Below, one piece after another: positions 27,067 through 36,176 of a stretch of 64,000 nt of DNA. This DNA is from a virus, in UHGV virus genome UHGV-0332176, one strand, 5' to 3'. Position 1 is the first letter of the stretch. Each line of letters opens with the position of its first letter. The notes beneath the pieces are model-generated. The model was not told the DNA's origin, made no database searches, and saw only the letters and a program-made list of their open reading frames with translations. Made by a program: the position numbers and the translations under genes.

Positions 27067-28056
27067 ATGAATTTAATAGATTGGTGGATTAATTTAAATC
27101 CTTTAAATTATAAAGAAGAATTAGCATTATTATCTACACGAAATGATGAATATACTGGTAATGAAACAGATTTACCAAGTAATGAGGAATTTTTTAATCG
27201 TTTGCCAATGTGTAATTTATCTAAACCATATAGTGTACGTGTTGATAAATGTGCAACAACTTTAATTCAAGGTTTATTTGATACTTATATTGATGATGAT
27301 ACACTTGTTATATATACTGAAAATGAACATTATAAAATTAAAGAAATTCTTAATACGTTTAAAAATAGATTAGTATTAAGTTATGATGATATTCTTAAAT
27401 TAAATATGTCTAAAATAGCTTCAAGTCTATCTAAATTTAAAAAAGTATTTGTATACATTATTGGGACACAATTATCTAGTGGAGAAATTACACCTCAATA
27501 TTTTTTTATTAAATTAAAAGAATTATTAAATACTTATAAATGCCATTATAAATTAGTTTTAGATGACGTACACGGAATGTATTTTGTTCCTCGTGATTAT
27601 AGTTTATTTGATTATATTATTGGTACAACTCACGCTTTAATTCCAACATATCATATGGGAATTTTAATTGGTAAAGAAAATATGAATAAGTTTGGTAAAA
27701 ATGGTTATCATTGGATAATTGATTATTTTGAAGCATTAGATGTATTATTAAGTAGAAAAGAAAAAATTTATCAATTTAATTATGTATTAGAGCAAAGTTT
27801 AGCTGATATTTTAGCAAAAGGGAAATGTCATTTATTAACTCAAAAAGCTCCTCATTTATTTGCTATTAAAACAGACCAAATAAACTTTAATCAAGAATTT
27901 AAAAATGAAATGGATGAATATGGAATACGTTTAGAAGGAGTAAATAATGAATTAAAATATATTCTTCTTAGAGTATCACAATTTATTATTAATCCTCAAA
28001 ATTTAAAAGAAGGTATAGAAACTTTAAAAATAGCATTAGATTATATGTATGAATAG
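27067..28056 (+). CDS. hypothetical protein embedded in the radical-SAM operon
   Basis: 329-aa ORF with no CxxxCxxC motif. Confidence 0.5.
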   Translation: MNLIDWWINLNPLNYKEELALLSTRNDEYTGNETDLPSNEEFFNRLPMCNLSKPYSVRVDKCATTLIQGLFDTYIDDDTLVIYTENEHYKIKEILNTFKNRLVLSYDDILKLNMSKIASSLSKFKKVFVYIIGTQLSSGEITPQYFFIKLKELLNTYKCHYKLVLDDVHGMYFVPRDYSLFDYIIGTTHALIPTYHMGILIGKENMNKFGKNGYHWIIDYFEALDVLLSRKEKIYQFNYVLEQSLADILAKGKCHLLTQKAPHLFAIKTDQINFNQEFKNEMDEYGIRLEGVNNELKYILLRVSQFIINPQNLKEGIETLKIALDYMYE

Positions 28057-28065
28057 GAAAAACAA

Positions 28066-29001
28066 ATGGATAATAAGCAAAATATGGTTCAATTTGGTGT
28101 ATGGAGTAATTGTTGTAATGCGTGCGATTTTTGTTTACGTGAAGAAAGAATTCCATATAGTAAAGAAAAGCAATTATATTATTTAGATATGATTAAAAAA
28201 AATATTGAATATATTGATTGGAAAGATAAATTTTCTTATGGTATCTCATTATTAGGCGGTGAATTATATTATATTACTGATAAAGATTTACAAAAATCAT
28301 TTTTAGAATTGATTGATGTTATTATTGAAAAAATTTTAAAAGTTTCTCCAAATCCAGAATGCAAATATTCAACAGTAACTAATGGATTATACGACCCAAC
28401 ATTTTTATATCAAGTAATTGATAAAATTGTTAAAGAAGTAGGATTAAAAGCAATTGATGTTAATTTTTCATATGATTTAAAATATAGATTTAAATCAGAA
28501 GAAGATAGATTAAAAGTTCTAAAAAATATTAATGATTTTCATAAAAGATATAATTATAATGTTGGTGTACAAATGATTATGACACAATATGTAATTAATG
28601 AATGGAAAGCTGGCAGATTTGATGTTAATAAATTTATGGAAGAAGAAATTCCTGGTAATTATTTAACATTTTTATATCCACATCCTATTAGAACAGGTAA
28701 AAAATTAGACGATTTTAATTTTAACCGAACAGACTTTTTAGATTTTATTCAATATTTAAAAGATGAATGTTATAATGTATATTTGTCATTTTTACATTCA
28801 ACTAAAAATTCAGGAACATTTAAATATACTGGTTTACAAAATCGTGTACATCCTTCAGTAGATGCTCAACCAGTTTTATCAGATGGAAAAGAAATAATTA
28901 ATGAAAATTGCGGGCACTCAATTATATATAAATGTTATAGTGATTGTGATGATTGTGTATTATGTGATTTAAAAGAATTTGATGAGGAAGTATATATATG
29001 A
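28066..29001 (+). CDS. radical SAM family protein (paralogue 3)
   Basis: WSNCCNACDFC, LLGGELY, C-terminal CGHSIIYKCYSDCDDCVLCDLKEF. Confidence 0.65.
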   Translation: MDNKQNMVQFGVWSNCCNACDFCLREERIPYSKEKQLYYLDMIKKNIEYIDWKDKFSYGISLLGGELYYITDKDLQKSFLELIDVIIEKILKVSPNPECKYSTVTNGLYDPTFLYQVIDKIVKEVGLKAIDVNFSYDLKYRFKSEEDRLKVLKNINDFHKRYNYNVGVQMIMTQYVINEWKAGRFDVNKFMEEEIPGNYLTFLYPHPIRTGKKLDDFNFNRTDFLDFIQYLKDECYNVYLSFLHSTKNSGTFKYTGLQNRVHPSVDAQPVLSDGKEIINENCGHSIIYKCYSDCDDCVLCDLKEFDEEVYI

Positions 29002-29984
29002 AAAAACAAATGCAATTTGAATTATGGGATGAATGTAATTCTAAATGTACTTTTTGTCATTTATGTAATAAAAATAATATAACACCAAATGAAACAAAAC
29101 TTAATATGATTCAAGATACTTTAGATAAAATATCTAATTTATCTATATATGATGAGTATGATACAATAGGTTTTATTGGTGGAGAATTTTTTCAAGGTCA
29201 ACTTAATACTCCTGAAATTAAATCTAAATTTATGGAATTAATGGATAAATCAAGATGGTTATTAGATAATGATTATATTGAGAATGTATGGATTAATATA
29301 ACTTTAACAATTGGAAACCAAAATGACTTATATGACGTTTTAAAGCGTTTTGAAGGGCATAAAGGAAATTTATGGTTACTTACTTCATATGATACGTTAG
29401 GACGCTTCCATAGCCAAAAAATGCTGGATAATTGGGATTATCATATGAAAAACATTCATAAGTTATATCCAGAAATTAAATTTAATATTACAAGTATATT
29501 AACAGGTGACTTTATTGAAAAGTATTTAAATAATGAAATAAATTTTACACAAATGATGGAAGAATATCATTGTTCATTATTTTTTAAAGTTCCTGCATTA
29601 CAAAAAGAATTCTATAAATCCAATAAAGAAATGAATAATGCCATTGGTCATTTTTTTCCAACAAGAGATTTATTTTTAGAATTTTTAACTACTTTTCGTC
29701 AAACAGAACATCCTGATTTATGGAATAAATTATTTAATATTGCATATCGGGCTGATACATTGTATTGTCAAGAGAATGGGGATGATATAGAAATTACTCG
29801 TAATAAAGATAATGATTATATGGAAATTATTATTGATAATACAACAAATAAACAACTAATTAGAGATAAAGAAAAACAAATGGATTATATTATGGATTGT
29901 GGACATTTAAGTACATATAATTCATATGTTGATGAAGATGGATGTGCAATTTGTGATAAATTAATGATAGAAGAATTAATATAA
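28998..29984 (+). CDS. radical SAM family protein (paralogue 4)
   Basis: FELWDECNSKCTFC, GFIGGEFFQGQLNTPEIKSKFMEL, C-terminal DCGHLSTYNSYVDEDGCAICDKLMIEEL. Confidence 0.65.
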   Translation: MKKQMQFELWDECNSKCTFCHLCNKNNITPNETKLNMIQDTLDKISNLSIYDEYDTIGFIGGEFFQGQLNTPEIKSKFMELMDKSRWLLDNDYIENVWINITLTIGNQNDLYDVLKRFEGHKGNLWLLTSYDTLGRFHSQKMLDNWDYHMKNIHKLYPEIKFNITSILTGDFIEKYLNNEINFTQMMEEYHCSLFFKVPALQKEFYKSNKEMNNAIGHFFPTRDLFLEFLTTFRQTEHPDLWNKLFNIAYRADTLYCQENGDDIEITRNKDNDYMEIIIDNTTNKQLIRDKEKQMDYIMDCGHLSTYNSYVDEDGCAICDKLMIEELI

Positions 29985-30003
29985 AAATTTTAAAGGATTA
30001 ATA

Positions 30004-30954
30004 ATGAGTAAACAATTACAATTTGAATTATGGCAAGAATGTAATTCTAAATGTAAATTTTGTTATTTAGGAAAAGAAAATTGTTATACGCCAAATGAAA
30101 TAAAATTACAATCATTACAAAATGCATTAGATAAAATATCAGATTTATCAATTTATAAAGAATATGATACATTATCATATTTAGGTGGAGAATTTTTTCA
30201 AGGTCAACTTAATACTCCTGAAATTAAATCTAAATTTATGGAATTAATGAAAAAAACAGCGTGGCTATATGAACATAACTACATTAAACACGTATGGATT
30301 TATGCTACTTTAACAATTGGTGACCAAAAAGATTTATATGAAACTTTAAATTTATTTAATAAAAAAGATGAATTATGGATTTTAACTTCATATGATACAA
30401 TTGGAAGATTTCATACACAAAAAATGTTAGATAATTGGGATTATCATATGAAAAACATTCATAATTTATATCCAGAAATTAAATTTAATATTACAACCAT
30501 ACTTTCTGAAGATTGTATAGACAAATATTTAAATGATAATTTATCATTTAAAAAAATGATGGAAGAATATCATTGTTCATTCTTTTTTAAACAATGCGGA
30601 AATGGACCATATTCAAAAGAAGAAATGAATACTATTCTTCCACATTTTTTTCCACCACGAGATAAATTTATAGATTTCCTACAAAAATTTCGTAATGAAG
30701 AAAACGATGAAATGTGGAATAAATTATTTAATATTCATTATAGAGCTGATAGTTTATATAGAAATTTTAATGATAAAAATCATCAAATGGAATTAAATGT
30801 ACGTCATAAGGATTCATTAAATGAAATTGAAAATAATAATAAAGATGAAATGGAAACAAATGATTGTGGACATTTAAAAGTTTATGCAGCTTATATAGAT
30901 TGTGATGATTGTGTATTATGTGATAAATTAATGATAGAAGAACTTTTAAAATAA
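30004..30954 (+). CDS. radical SAM family protein (paralogue 5)
   Basis: FELWQECNSKCKFC, YLGGEFFQGQLNTPEIKSKFMEL, C-terminal DCGHLKVYAAYIDCDDCVLCDKLMIEEL. Confidence 0.65.
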   Translation: MSKQLQFELWQECNSKCKFCYLGKENCYTPNEIKLQSLQNALDKISDLSIYKEYDTLSYLGGEFFQGQLNTPEIKSKFMELMKKTAWLYEHNYIKHVWIYATLTIGDQKDLYETLNLFNKKDELWILTSYDTIGRFHTQKMLDNWDYHMKNIHNLYPEIKFNITTILSEDCIDKYLNDNLSFKKMMEEYHCSFFFKQCGNGPYSKEEMNTILPHFFPPRDKFIDFLQKFRNEENDEMWNKLFNIHYRADSLYRNFNDKNHQMELNVRHKDSLNEIENNNKDEMETNDCGHLKVYAAYIDCDDCVLCDKLMIEELLK

Positions 30955-30964
30955 GGATTAATAA

Positions 30965-31441
30965 ATGATTACTATTGAAAATAATGATAAAGATATTACT
31001 ATTGAAAATGATAAAAATCAACCATATGTTAAAAAAATTATTTTAAATAAAGATTTAACAATTAAAGCTCAAACAAATACATCTTTTAATATTAATACAA
31101 TTTTTACTTTTTCAGATAATAATGATTTTGCATTTGTTGAAGGTGTTATTGTTGAAGCAAATGATTATTATATTGTTGGTGAAGTATATAGTTTAGACCG
31201 TGAAAATAATAAATTATCATTATTAATTGGGAATAATTCTAATAAATCTTATACAATTCCTGCTGGCACACATATTGGTAATATATATATTACATCAAAA
31301 AATTTGACAGGAAATGTTATTTATGATAATGGTAATTTAGCAGTTATTGATTATAATAATTTTTATAAAGTTGATAATACAACCTTAACTGAATATCCAG
31401 ATGGAAAAAAAGCTATTACTATTAACTTGGATAAAGAATAA
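30965..31441 (+). CDS. hypothetical protein in the radical-SAM operon
   Basis: 158-aa ORF with AAGGAT ribosome-binding site. Confidence 0.45.
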   Translation: MITIENNDKDITIENDKNQPYVKKIILNKDLTIKAQTNTSFNINTIFTFSDNNDFAFVEGVIVEANDYYIVGEVYSLDRENNKLSLLIGNNSNKSYTIPAGTHIGNIYITSKNLTGNVIYDNGNLAVIDYNNFYKVDNTTLTEYPDGKKAITINLDKE

Positions 31442-32397
31442 TGAGCTTACAAATACAATATGAATTATGGCGAGAGTGTAATTGTAACTGTACATATTGC
31501 ACTCTTGGTTTTGATAATCATAAAACCGAGAATAAATTAAAACTTCAATCAATGCAAACCGCTATTGATGAAATGAAAAACTTTGAACCAAATGAACATC
31601 AAACAGTAGGTTTTATTGGTGGAGAATTTTTTCAAGGTCAACTTAATACTCCTGAAATTAAATCCAAATTTATGGAATTAATTAAAGTAGCTAATGATTT
31701 ATTAAATAATCATATTGTTAAAGATTTATGGTTAAATGCTTCATTATTAATTGGTAATCAAAAAGATTTATATGAAGCTATTGATTTAATTGATGATAAA
31801 ACAAAATTATGGATTTTAACTTCATATGATAGTATTGGAAGATTTCATACTCCTAAAATGCTAGAAACTTGGCAATATCATATGAAAAATATTCATAATT
31901 TATATCCAGAAATTAAATTAAACACAACGAGCATATTAACAGGTGATTTTATTGAAAAATATTTAAATGATAATATTGATATTAAAGAATTTAAAGCAAC
32001 ATATCATACAAATTTATTTTTAAAAACAACTGTTAAACCAGGACATTTAAGTCATTTATCTAAACAAGAAATTAATGATAAAATTGGTAATTTCTTTCCT
32101 ACACAAGAAAGATTTCAAGAATTTTTGTTTACTTTTTATATGCGTGAAGGAGCAGAAGAATATCATAATTTATTCAGTAATGATTTAAGAGCAGATGAAG
32201 TTAGAAAAAATTATAATATTGATACAAAACGAAATATTAAATTTATTCGTGATAAACAAACATTAGAAGAAACTATTGATTTAATTGATGAACATATAGA
32301 TAATTTATCGTGCGGACATTCAACAATATATCAATGTTATGTTGATTCTGATGACTGTTGCATTTGTAATAAACAAGAAATAGGAGAATTATTTTGA
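31441..32397 (+). CDS. radical SAM family protein (paralogue 6)
   Basis: YELWRECNCNCTYC, GFIGGEFFQGQLNTPEIKSKFMEL, C-terminal SCGHSTIYQCYVDSDDCCICNKQEIGEL. Confidence 0.65.
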   Translation: MSLQIQYELWRECNCNCTYCTLGFDNHKTENKLKLQSMQTAIDEMKNFEPNEHQTVGFIGGEFFQGQLNTPEIKSKFMELIKVANDLLNNHIVKDLWLNASLLIGNQKDLYEAIDLIDDKTKLWILTSYDSIGRFHTPKMLETWQYHMKNIHNLYPEIKLNTTSILTGDFIEKYLNDNIDIKEFKATYHTNLFLKTTVKPGHLSHLSKQEINDKIGNFFPTQERFQEFLFTFYMREGAEEYHNLFSNDLRADEVRKNYNIDTKRNIKFIRDKQTLEETIDLIDEHIDNLSCGHSTIYQCYVDSDDCCICNKQEIGELF

Positions 32398-33017
32398 ACA
32401 AAGGTGATTATTATAAAGTAGTTGATAAAGCAACCAAAGAAATAATTTGTGCTGGACCTATTTCATTTATAAAAAATACTGCAAATATGTCAATTTTAAT
32501 AAGTTTTGATAATAAATATTTCTTCAAATTTGAAGGCACAATGAAGTATAAAGTGATTGAAAATTCTAAGCATTTAGAAATACCTTTAAAATTAGAATTT
32601 TTAAATAGATATGCTGTTTGCTTATATAAAGATTATTTTAAATATCCACACTATGATGTATATAGAGAATTTGATATAACTGAATTAGATAAACCTGTTA
32701 TCAAATTAGTTAAAGCATTAAATAAATTTGAAGGAATTGAAACCACAGGAAGTTGTTGCGGACACGATGAAAATATTTTATGGATTGATATAATGTTTTA
32801 TACAATACCAGCTTTAAATTTATTATTAGATATTTTAAATACAAATGAATATAACGATAAATTTATGTTGTGTAATTATTATACCCAGAAAAATGATTCA
32901 AATGAATCTGTTATGTTACGTTTAAGAACTTTTGCTATTGGAGAAAAAGCATATCAATATACAGATGATTTAGCTGATAAATTAGAAGAAATATATTCAT
33001 TATTATATAATTTATAA
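32394..33017 (+). CDS. hypothetical protein, last gene of the operon, with a TGSCCGHDE motif
   Basis: 207-aa ORF overlapping the upstream stop. Confidence 0.45.
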   Translation: MNKGDYYKVVDKATKEIICAGPISFIKNTANMSILISFDNKYFFKFEGTMKYKVIENSKHLEIPLKLEFLNRYAVCLYKDYFKYPHYDVYREFDITELDKPVIKLVKALNKFEGIETTGSCCGHDENILWIDIMFYTIPALNLLLDILNTNEYNDKFMLCNYYTQKNDSNESVMLRLRTFAIGEKAYQYTDDLADKLEEIYSLLYNL

Positions 33018-33242
33018 ATGATATTTACCTTTTAAATATTTAATAACTGATTCATTTTCTCGTTCAGTTAATTCACTATTATATAAAATAACTTCAGCAA
33101 TTTCACAAGCTAAAAATGGACTAAATGAAACAGTTCCATTTTCACTTACTGCCCAATTTATATATTCATTAGGTTTTAACCAATAACCACCTCTAAATAC
33201 TTTTGCAGTATTTGTTGCAGGGTCACCAAAATCCCTCTTTAA
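33012..33242 (-). pseudogene. 76-codon open frame lacking any start codon, in frame immediately after the TAA stop of the 33243-34547 fibre gene
   Basis: Hand translation after the stop gives LKRDFGDPATNTAKVFRGGYWLKPNEYINWAVSENGTVSFSPFLACEIAEVILYNSELTERENESVIKYLKGKYHL*. It has no ATG, GTG or TTG and is in the same frame as the upstream gene. Confidence 0.3.
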
Positions 33243-34547
33243 TTATTCACCTTGAGCAAAAATTAATCTAAAAGCAATAGTTTGTCCACCAAAAGTGTAA
33301 CCAATTATAAATTGTTGTCCTTTTCTAACAGGAAAATAAAGAACATCATTTACTCCACTTGTTGACCATTTTATAGCTATTGTATTTTCATCAACAGTTG
33401 TTGATGGTAAATTAGTATCATATGCAACAAGATATTGATTTGCAGCTGTTGCTTGTTTAACTAATTGAATATAACCATTAGCAACTGCTGTATAAACTGT
33501 GCCAGAAATACCTAACTCTAAATTAATATATTTTTTAGAAGGCATTGCTTGTTGAGCTACCCAACTAGAATTATTTTTATCTACTAATGATATAGGATGT
33601 TTAGGATTAAATAATACAATTTTACCATTTTCAATACGAGCAGAACCTACCCAAATATCATTTGAAATTCCTAAACCTGCATAATTATAATTATTAATTT
33701 CATCAAAGAAAATTAAATCAATTGTTGGTTTATCAAATGCTTGACTATTAATGGCTATTTTATTAGCATATAAATCTAATATAACATTTGCAGTTATATT
33801 TGGACAAGTATATGTTAAAATATTTTCAATTGATATAATATTATTTTTTTTAATTCCTGTTAAAGAATCATTACCATTTGGAGATAAACCTTTTATTCCT
33901 GGTAAAGCAAATATTGTTGAACCTACAAAGCCAAATCCATTAAATACTTGGTCAATAGAAACCCAAGAAGAAACTGTACTTGTTCCTAACGCAATTGGTA
34001 ATGAACATTCTTGCCAACCATCAGTAGTATCTAAATAGCATTTTTTATCAGTTGTATTATAATAAATTTTAAATGAAGCAGTTGAAGTAGGTAATTCAGA
34101 TACTGTTTCACCTGGTACAAAACCTGTTAATAAAACATCAAAATCTTTTGATAAAGCAATTAAAACTTGTCCATCATAATTAGCATTAACACTTGATATA
34201 TCTGTTGTTGTAGTTTTTAATACTCCATTACCATTATAAACTTTACTACCTGCTTTTAACGTAATTATTCCATTATTAATTTCTAACTTAATATCTTGTG
34301 GAATTTCTGTAATACAGTTAGTAATTTGATTATAACCTACTTGTTCATTACGCCAGCTTAAATTTGTACCATCATTGCTTAATACTTGTTGATTAGTATC
34401 AGTATTAACTTCTGGTATTGTTCCACCATCAGGAGTAATATAAAATTCATTTTCAACTAATTGACCAGCTTCTTTTAATTCATTATATTTAGCTGTACTC
34501 ATTTTATTAAATTTTAATTGAGGTATATCTACACTTGTTTGAGCCAT
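33243..34547 (-). CDS. tail fibre protein, paralogue of 34911-36176
   Basis: A roughly 130-aa block (ITNC.T.IPQDIKLE.NNG.ITLKAGSKVYNGNG..KTTTTDI...) is nearly identical to the neighbouring fibre. The C-terminal module is shared with 15411. Confidence 0.7.
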   Translation of the reverse strand: MAQTSVDIPQLKFNKMSTAKYNELKEAGQLVENEFYITPDGGTIPEVNTDTNQQVLSNDGTNLSWRNEQVGYNQITNCITEIPQDIKLEINNGIITLKAGSKVYNGNGVLKTTTTDISSVNANYDGQVLIALSKDFDVLLTGFVPGETVSELPTSTASFKIYYNTTDKKCYLDTTDGWQECSLPIALGTSTVSSWVSIDQVFNGFGFVGSTIFALPGIKGLSPNGNDSLTGIKKNNIISIENILTYTCPNITANVILDLYANKIAINSQAFDKPTIDLIFFDEINNYNYAGLGISNDIWVGSARIENGKIVLFNPKHPISLVDKNNSSWVAQQAMPSKKYINLELGISGTVYTAVANGYIQLVKQATAANQYLVAYDTNLPSTTVDENTIAIKWSTSGVNDVLYFPVRKGQQFIIGYTFGGQTIAFRLIFAQGE

Positions 34548-34611
34548 AATAAAATTTCCTTAATAAACTATAAAAATATTTATTAAAATAAAAGAGAGGT
34601 TATTTCCTCTC

Positions 34612-34911
34612 TTATTCTTTTGGATATTTTTCTTTAATTGATTTAATTAATGTTTGCCAGTTATTTGTTCCATCTTCTAAATCGTGATATATCATATCTA
34701 ACTGTTCAGTTAATGGTGGATATTCTTTTATTCTATTATTAATAGCAACAGCATTATGTGATTCAGATTCTTTAATATATTCTCCATTAACTAAAATATA
34801 TTTTTCATTTGTTTTCACTATTTTATCAAATTCCATAAGAGGAATAGATTCAATTTCTTTCTTTGTATTTTTAACTACAATAATCTTGTTATTTTGATAA
34901 CCTAACCACAT
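34612..34911 (-). CDS. small protein downstream of the fibre gene, possibly a fibre assembly or accessory factor
   Basis: 99-aa ORF; position only. Confidence 0.4.
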   Translation of the reverse strand: MWLGYQNNKIIVVKNTKKEIESIPLMEFDKIVKTNEKYILVNGEYIKESESHNAVAINNRIKEYPPLTEQLDMIYHDLEDGTNNWQTLIKSIKEKYPKE

Positions 34912-36176
34912 TATATTTCCCCTTTTGCATAGATAAATTTAAAACTAATTAAATTTGTAAATTCAGTATCAAACAATATTTGACAAATTTCACCTTTTAA
35001 AACAGGTATAATTGTTCTTAAATATTTGTCTGCACTTCTTGATGCATAACAATAACCATAATTTAAACCACTTCTTATAATAGCTATATCAACCCAGTTT
35101 GGCCCTTGCCCATCTATACTGAAATAACCATTTGCTGGAGCAATATAAGTTGCTCCTGATGCACCTAAAGTTAATGAAACATATTTACTACCTGGCATAA
35201 CTTGTTGTGTAATAAATGTAGTATCATTTTTATCAAATAATTGATATGCATTATTAAAACTAAATGTAGTAATTTTTCCAGAAGCATCAGTTAAAAATGT
35301 TCCAATTGGACATACTACCCAATCATTTAACCATCCATTTGAAATATCATTTAAAACATATTTCCATTTATTTTCATTTGGAGAATACCAAATAGAATAT
35401 GTAGATAATGTTGGTGCATTATTTTGATAATAAACTTTTGATGTTTCTAAAAACTCTAATTGTCTTTCATCATCTGAAACTCTAGCAAATAATGTATATG
35501 ATGTATTTGGAGCTAAAGATATTGTCCAATAAGTTAAAGTAGGTAAAATTTTTACAATATTATTTTGACTTCCATCATCATTGTTACCATTTGGAAATAT
35601 ATAAGTATTTCCACCATTTTTAATTATTGTATTTCCAATAAAACCAAATCCGTTAAATACTTGGTCAATAGATGTCCAAGATGTTGTAGTAGATGTTCCA
35701 ATAGCAAATGGAAAAGAACATTCTTGCCAACCATCAATTGTATCCAAATAACATTTTTTATCAGTTGTATTAAAATAAATTTTAAATGTTGCAGTTGATT
35801 CGGGTAATTCAGATACAGTTTCACCTGTTAAAAATCCAATTAATAATACATCATAATCTTTAGAAAGTGCTAACATAACTTGACCATCATAATTTGCATT
35901 TTCACTTGTAATATCTGTTGTGGTAGTTTTCATAATACCATTACCATTATAAACTTTACTACCTGCTTTAAGTGTAATTGTACCATTATTTAATTCAAGT
36001 TTAATATCTTGAGGTATTTTTGTTAAACAGTTTGTAATTTGACCATAAGTCCAATATGGTTTAGAACCATTATTACTTAACATCATTCCTGATGTTTCAT
36101 CATTCATTAATGGCATTTGAACACCATTTAACATAATTTTTTGACTAAGTTCATTGTTACCTAAATATAATGTCAT
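34911..36176 (-). CDS. tail fibre protein, paralogue of 33243-34547
   Basis: Shared internal block and C-terminal module. Confidence 0.7.
   Translation of the reverse strand: MTLYLGNNELSQKIMLNGVQMPLMNDETSGMMLSNNGSKPYWTYGQITNCLTKIPQDIKLELNNGTITLKAGSKVYNGNGIMKTTTTDITSENANYDGQVMLALSKDYDVLLIGFLTGETVSELPESTATFKIYFNTTDKKCYLDTIDGWQECSFPFAIGTSTTTSWTSIDQVFNGFGFIGNTIIKNGGNTYIFPNGNNDDGSQNNIVKILPTLTYWTISLAPNTSYTLFARVSDDERQLEFLETSKVYYQNNAPTLSTYSIWYSPNENKWKYVLNDISNGWLNDWVVCPIGTFLTDASGKITTFSFNNAYQLFDKNDTTFITQQVMPGSKYVSLTLGASGATYIAPANGYFSIDGQGPNWVDIAIIRSGLNYGYCYASRSADKYLRTIIPVLKGEICQILFDTEFTNLISFKFIYAKGEI

Noticed and set aside
27067-28056. PLP-dependent aminotransferase or desulfurase assignment for the 329-aa operon protein (DDVHG...TTHAL)
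   Set aside because: The expected S-x-HK PLP lysine is absent (THAL instead of HK), so the protein is left as hypothetical.
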